64,000 bases of DNA from a virus (Duplodnaviria > Caudoviricetes): IMG/VR virus record IMGVR_UViG_3300037247_001786, positions 160,001 through 224,000 of that record; one strand, written 5' to 3'. The notes beneath the pieces were generated by a model. That model saw nothing but the letters and a program-made list of their open reading frames with translations, was not told the DNA's origin and made no database searches. The position numbers and the translations under genes are program-made. This document shows positions 63,128 through 64,000 of the stretch, in pieces (the stretch's first letter is position 1; every line of letters starts with the position of its first letter).

Positions 63128-63955
63128 ATGGGCAGAGTCAGTTCTAGATACAATTATAGAATATCAAAAAGTAAAAAAGATCCTCAGAAGAAATCTAATA
63201 GGAAAGTATTGTCACCAGATCAAATCATAATACGAAATAAGAAGACAAAACCTAAAAAGGTAAAGAAGATTTTAGAAATTAAGACTGTTGTTGATCCCAA
63301 AAGACATAGAAATAATATTATAAAGAAAGCGGTAAATTCTAAAAATCTACAAGGAGGAGCATCTCTTAATGATATAAAAGATTATTGTTATGATAAGAAA
63401 GTGATACTGGTAGGAAACGCCAGTGATATAATTAAAAATCCTTATGGTTCTCAGATAGATTCATACGATATTGTTATCCGCATGAATCATGGGCATCCTA
63501 TTTTAAAGTTTGCTTCTCAAATGGGGTCGAAATACAATATATGGGCACACGGTTTTTTAAGTTATAAAAAACAGATATCTGAATATGGGCGTATAAAAGA
63601 AAAAATTGACTTTCATATAGAGACTAATGAGAAGAAACTATGCAAGAAGATTTTTGATAAAAAAGCTTTTCTAATTCCTAATAAATGGTATAAAAAAGAA
63701 TACGAAACAAGACATGCAGGAAAAGAAATGTCAACAGGTCTTAATGCGGCAAGTTTTTTCGTCAACTGGGTTGGAACGATGAGAGAGATATCTATTGTTG
63801 GTTTCGACTTTTTAAAAACATCTAATCCTACATTACAGTCTGCACCAGCAAGAAAGTTTCATGATACAAATATTGAAAGGGCGACAATGATATCATTATT
63901 GATAGAAAGTGAAAAATATTTGCCATTTAATGAAAAATATAATTTTGCAAAGTGA
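63128..63955 (+). CDS. GT29-like (sialyltransferase-fold) glycosyltransferase with basic N-terminal extension
   Basis: Sialylmotif L-like VILVGNA...YGSQIDSYDIVIRMN, S-like MSTG...ISIVGFDF, VS-like FHDTNIE. Confidence 0.75.
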   Translation: MGRVSSRYNYRISKSKKDPQKKSNRKVLSPDQIIIRNKKTKPKKVKKILEIKTVVDPKRHRNNIIKKAVNSKNLQGGASLNDIKDYCYDKKVILVGNASDIIKNPYGSQIDSYDIVIRMNHGHPILKFASQMGSKYNIWAHGFLSYKKQISEYGRIKEKIDFHIETNEKKLCKKIFDKKAFLIPNKWYKKEYETRHAGKEMSTGLNAASFFVNWVGTMREISIVGFDFLKTSNPTLQSAPARKFHDTNIERATMISLLIESEKYLPFNEKYNFAK

Positions 63956-63973
63956 TTATAGATAAAGTAAGAT
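63945..63973 (+). promoter_or_regulatory. Promoter TTGCAA-A-GTGATT-N10-TAAGAT for genes beyond the window
   Basis: ttgcaaaGTGATTatagataaagTAAGAT overlapping the TGA stop. Confidence 0.7.
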
Positions 63974-64000
63974 TAAGTAAACGTAAAATATCGAGGAAAC

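Noticed and set aside
1-64000. Stop-codon reassignment as seen in some large phages
   Set aside because: TAA, TAG and TGA all terminate recognisable genes at expected ends (e.g. dnaE-C TAG, recA TGA, infC TGA), and conserved genes are uninterrupted in code 11.
1-64000. tRNA, rRNA or structured ncRNA genes; intrinsic terminators
   Set aside because: Intergenic gaps are almost all under 110 nt and AT-rich; I saw no cloverleaf and no GC-rich hairpin with a U-tract. A covariance-model search would be needed to exclude them fully.
1-64000. Bacterial chromosome origin (recA, uvrD, dnaE, infC, acpP present)
   Set aside because: Housekeeping-like genes are isolated and divergent, lack their usual operon neighbours (e.g. 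no thrS/rpmI/rplT around infC, no fab genes around acpP) and are mixed with virion-type and tiny ORFs on one strand. A large phage fits better, although no capsid or terminase gene is in this window.

Overview
AT-rich (roughly 30% GC by eye), very gene-dense window with almost all genes on the + strand. It reads as part of a large dsDNA (jumbo/huge) phage genome using genetic code 11; a cellular origin is unlikely but cannot be formally excluded. Layout: (1) 1-15 kb, four giant acidic virion/adhesin-type proteins (FN3/BNR propeller, FG-GAP propeller, vWA-LamG-Kelch, vWA/Ig-like). (2) 15-20 kb, a glycosyltransferase cluster interrupted by DUF4238, the only minus-strand gene, and an RHH+HNH module. 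(3) 20-54 kb, replication/recombination genes (SF2 helicase, two DNA MTases, IF-3, Ycf46-like AAA, DnaC-like loader, DnaB, intein-bearing primase zinc finger, DnaE in two pieces, SSB, RecA, primase core, Cas4-like nuclease, Gam, UvrD). (4) 54-64 kb, accessory genes (CYTH fusion, ACP, RHH+GIY-YIG, MBL hydrolase, NADAR, cREC-like receiver, Maf-like and GT29-like transferases). Main observations: seven unrelated proteins end in the same basic-[IFVY][FW]D[IVYW][IL]D[LIVM][DE] tail; DnaE is split without inteins and has a duplicated, complementarily degenerated palm segment; primase and a vWA/MIDAS domain also appear split across genes; a recurrent AGTGATT-N10-TAnnAT promoter; a 33-bp direct repeat around one inserted gene; and two RHH-endonuclease modules with the same bipartite upstream element. 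No tRNA, rRNA or CRISPR array was seen. All family calls come from motif recognition by eye, not database searches.
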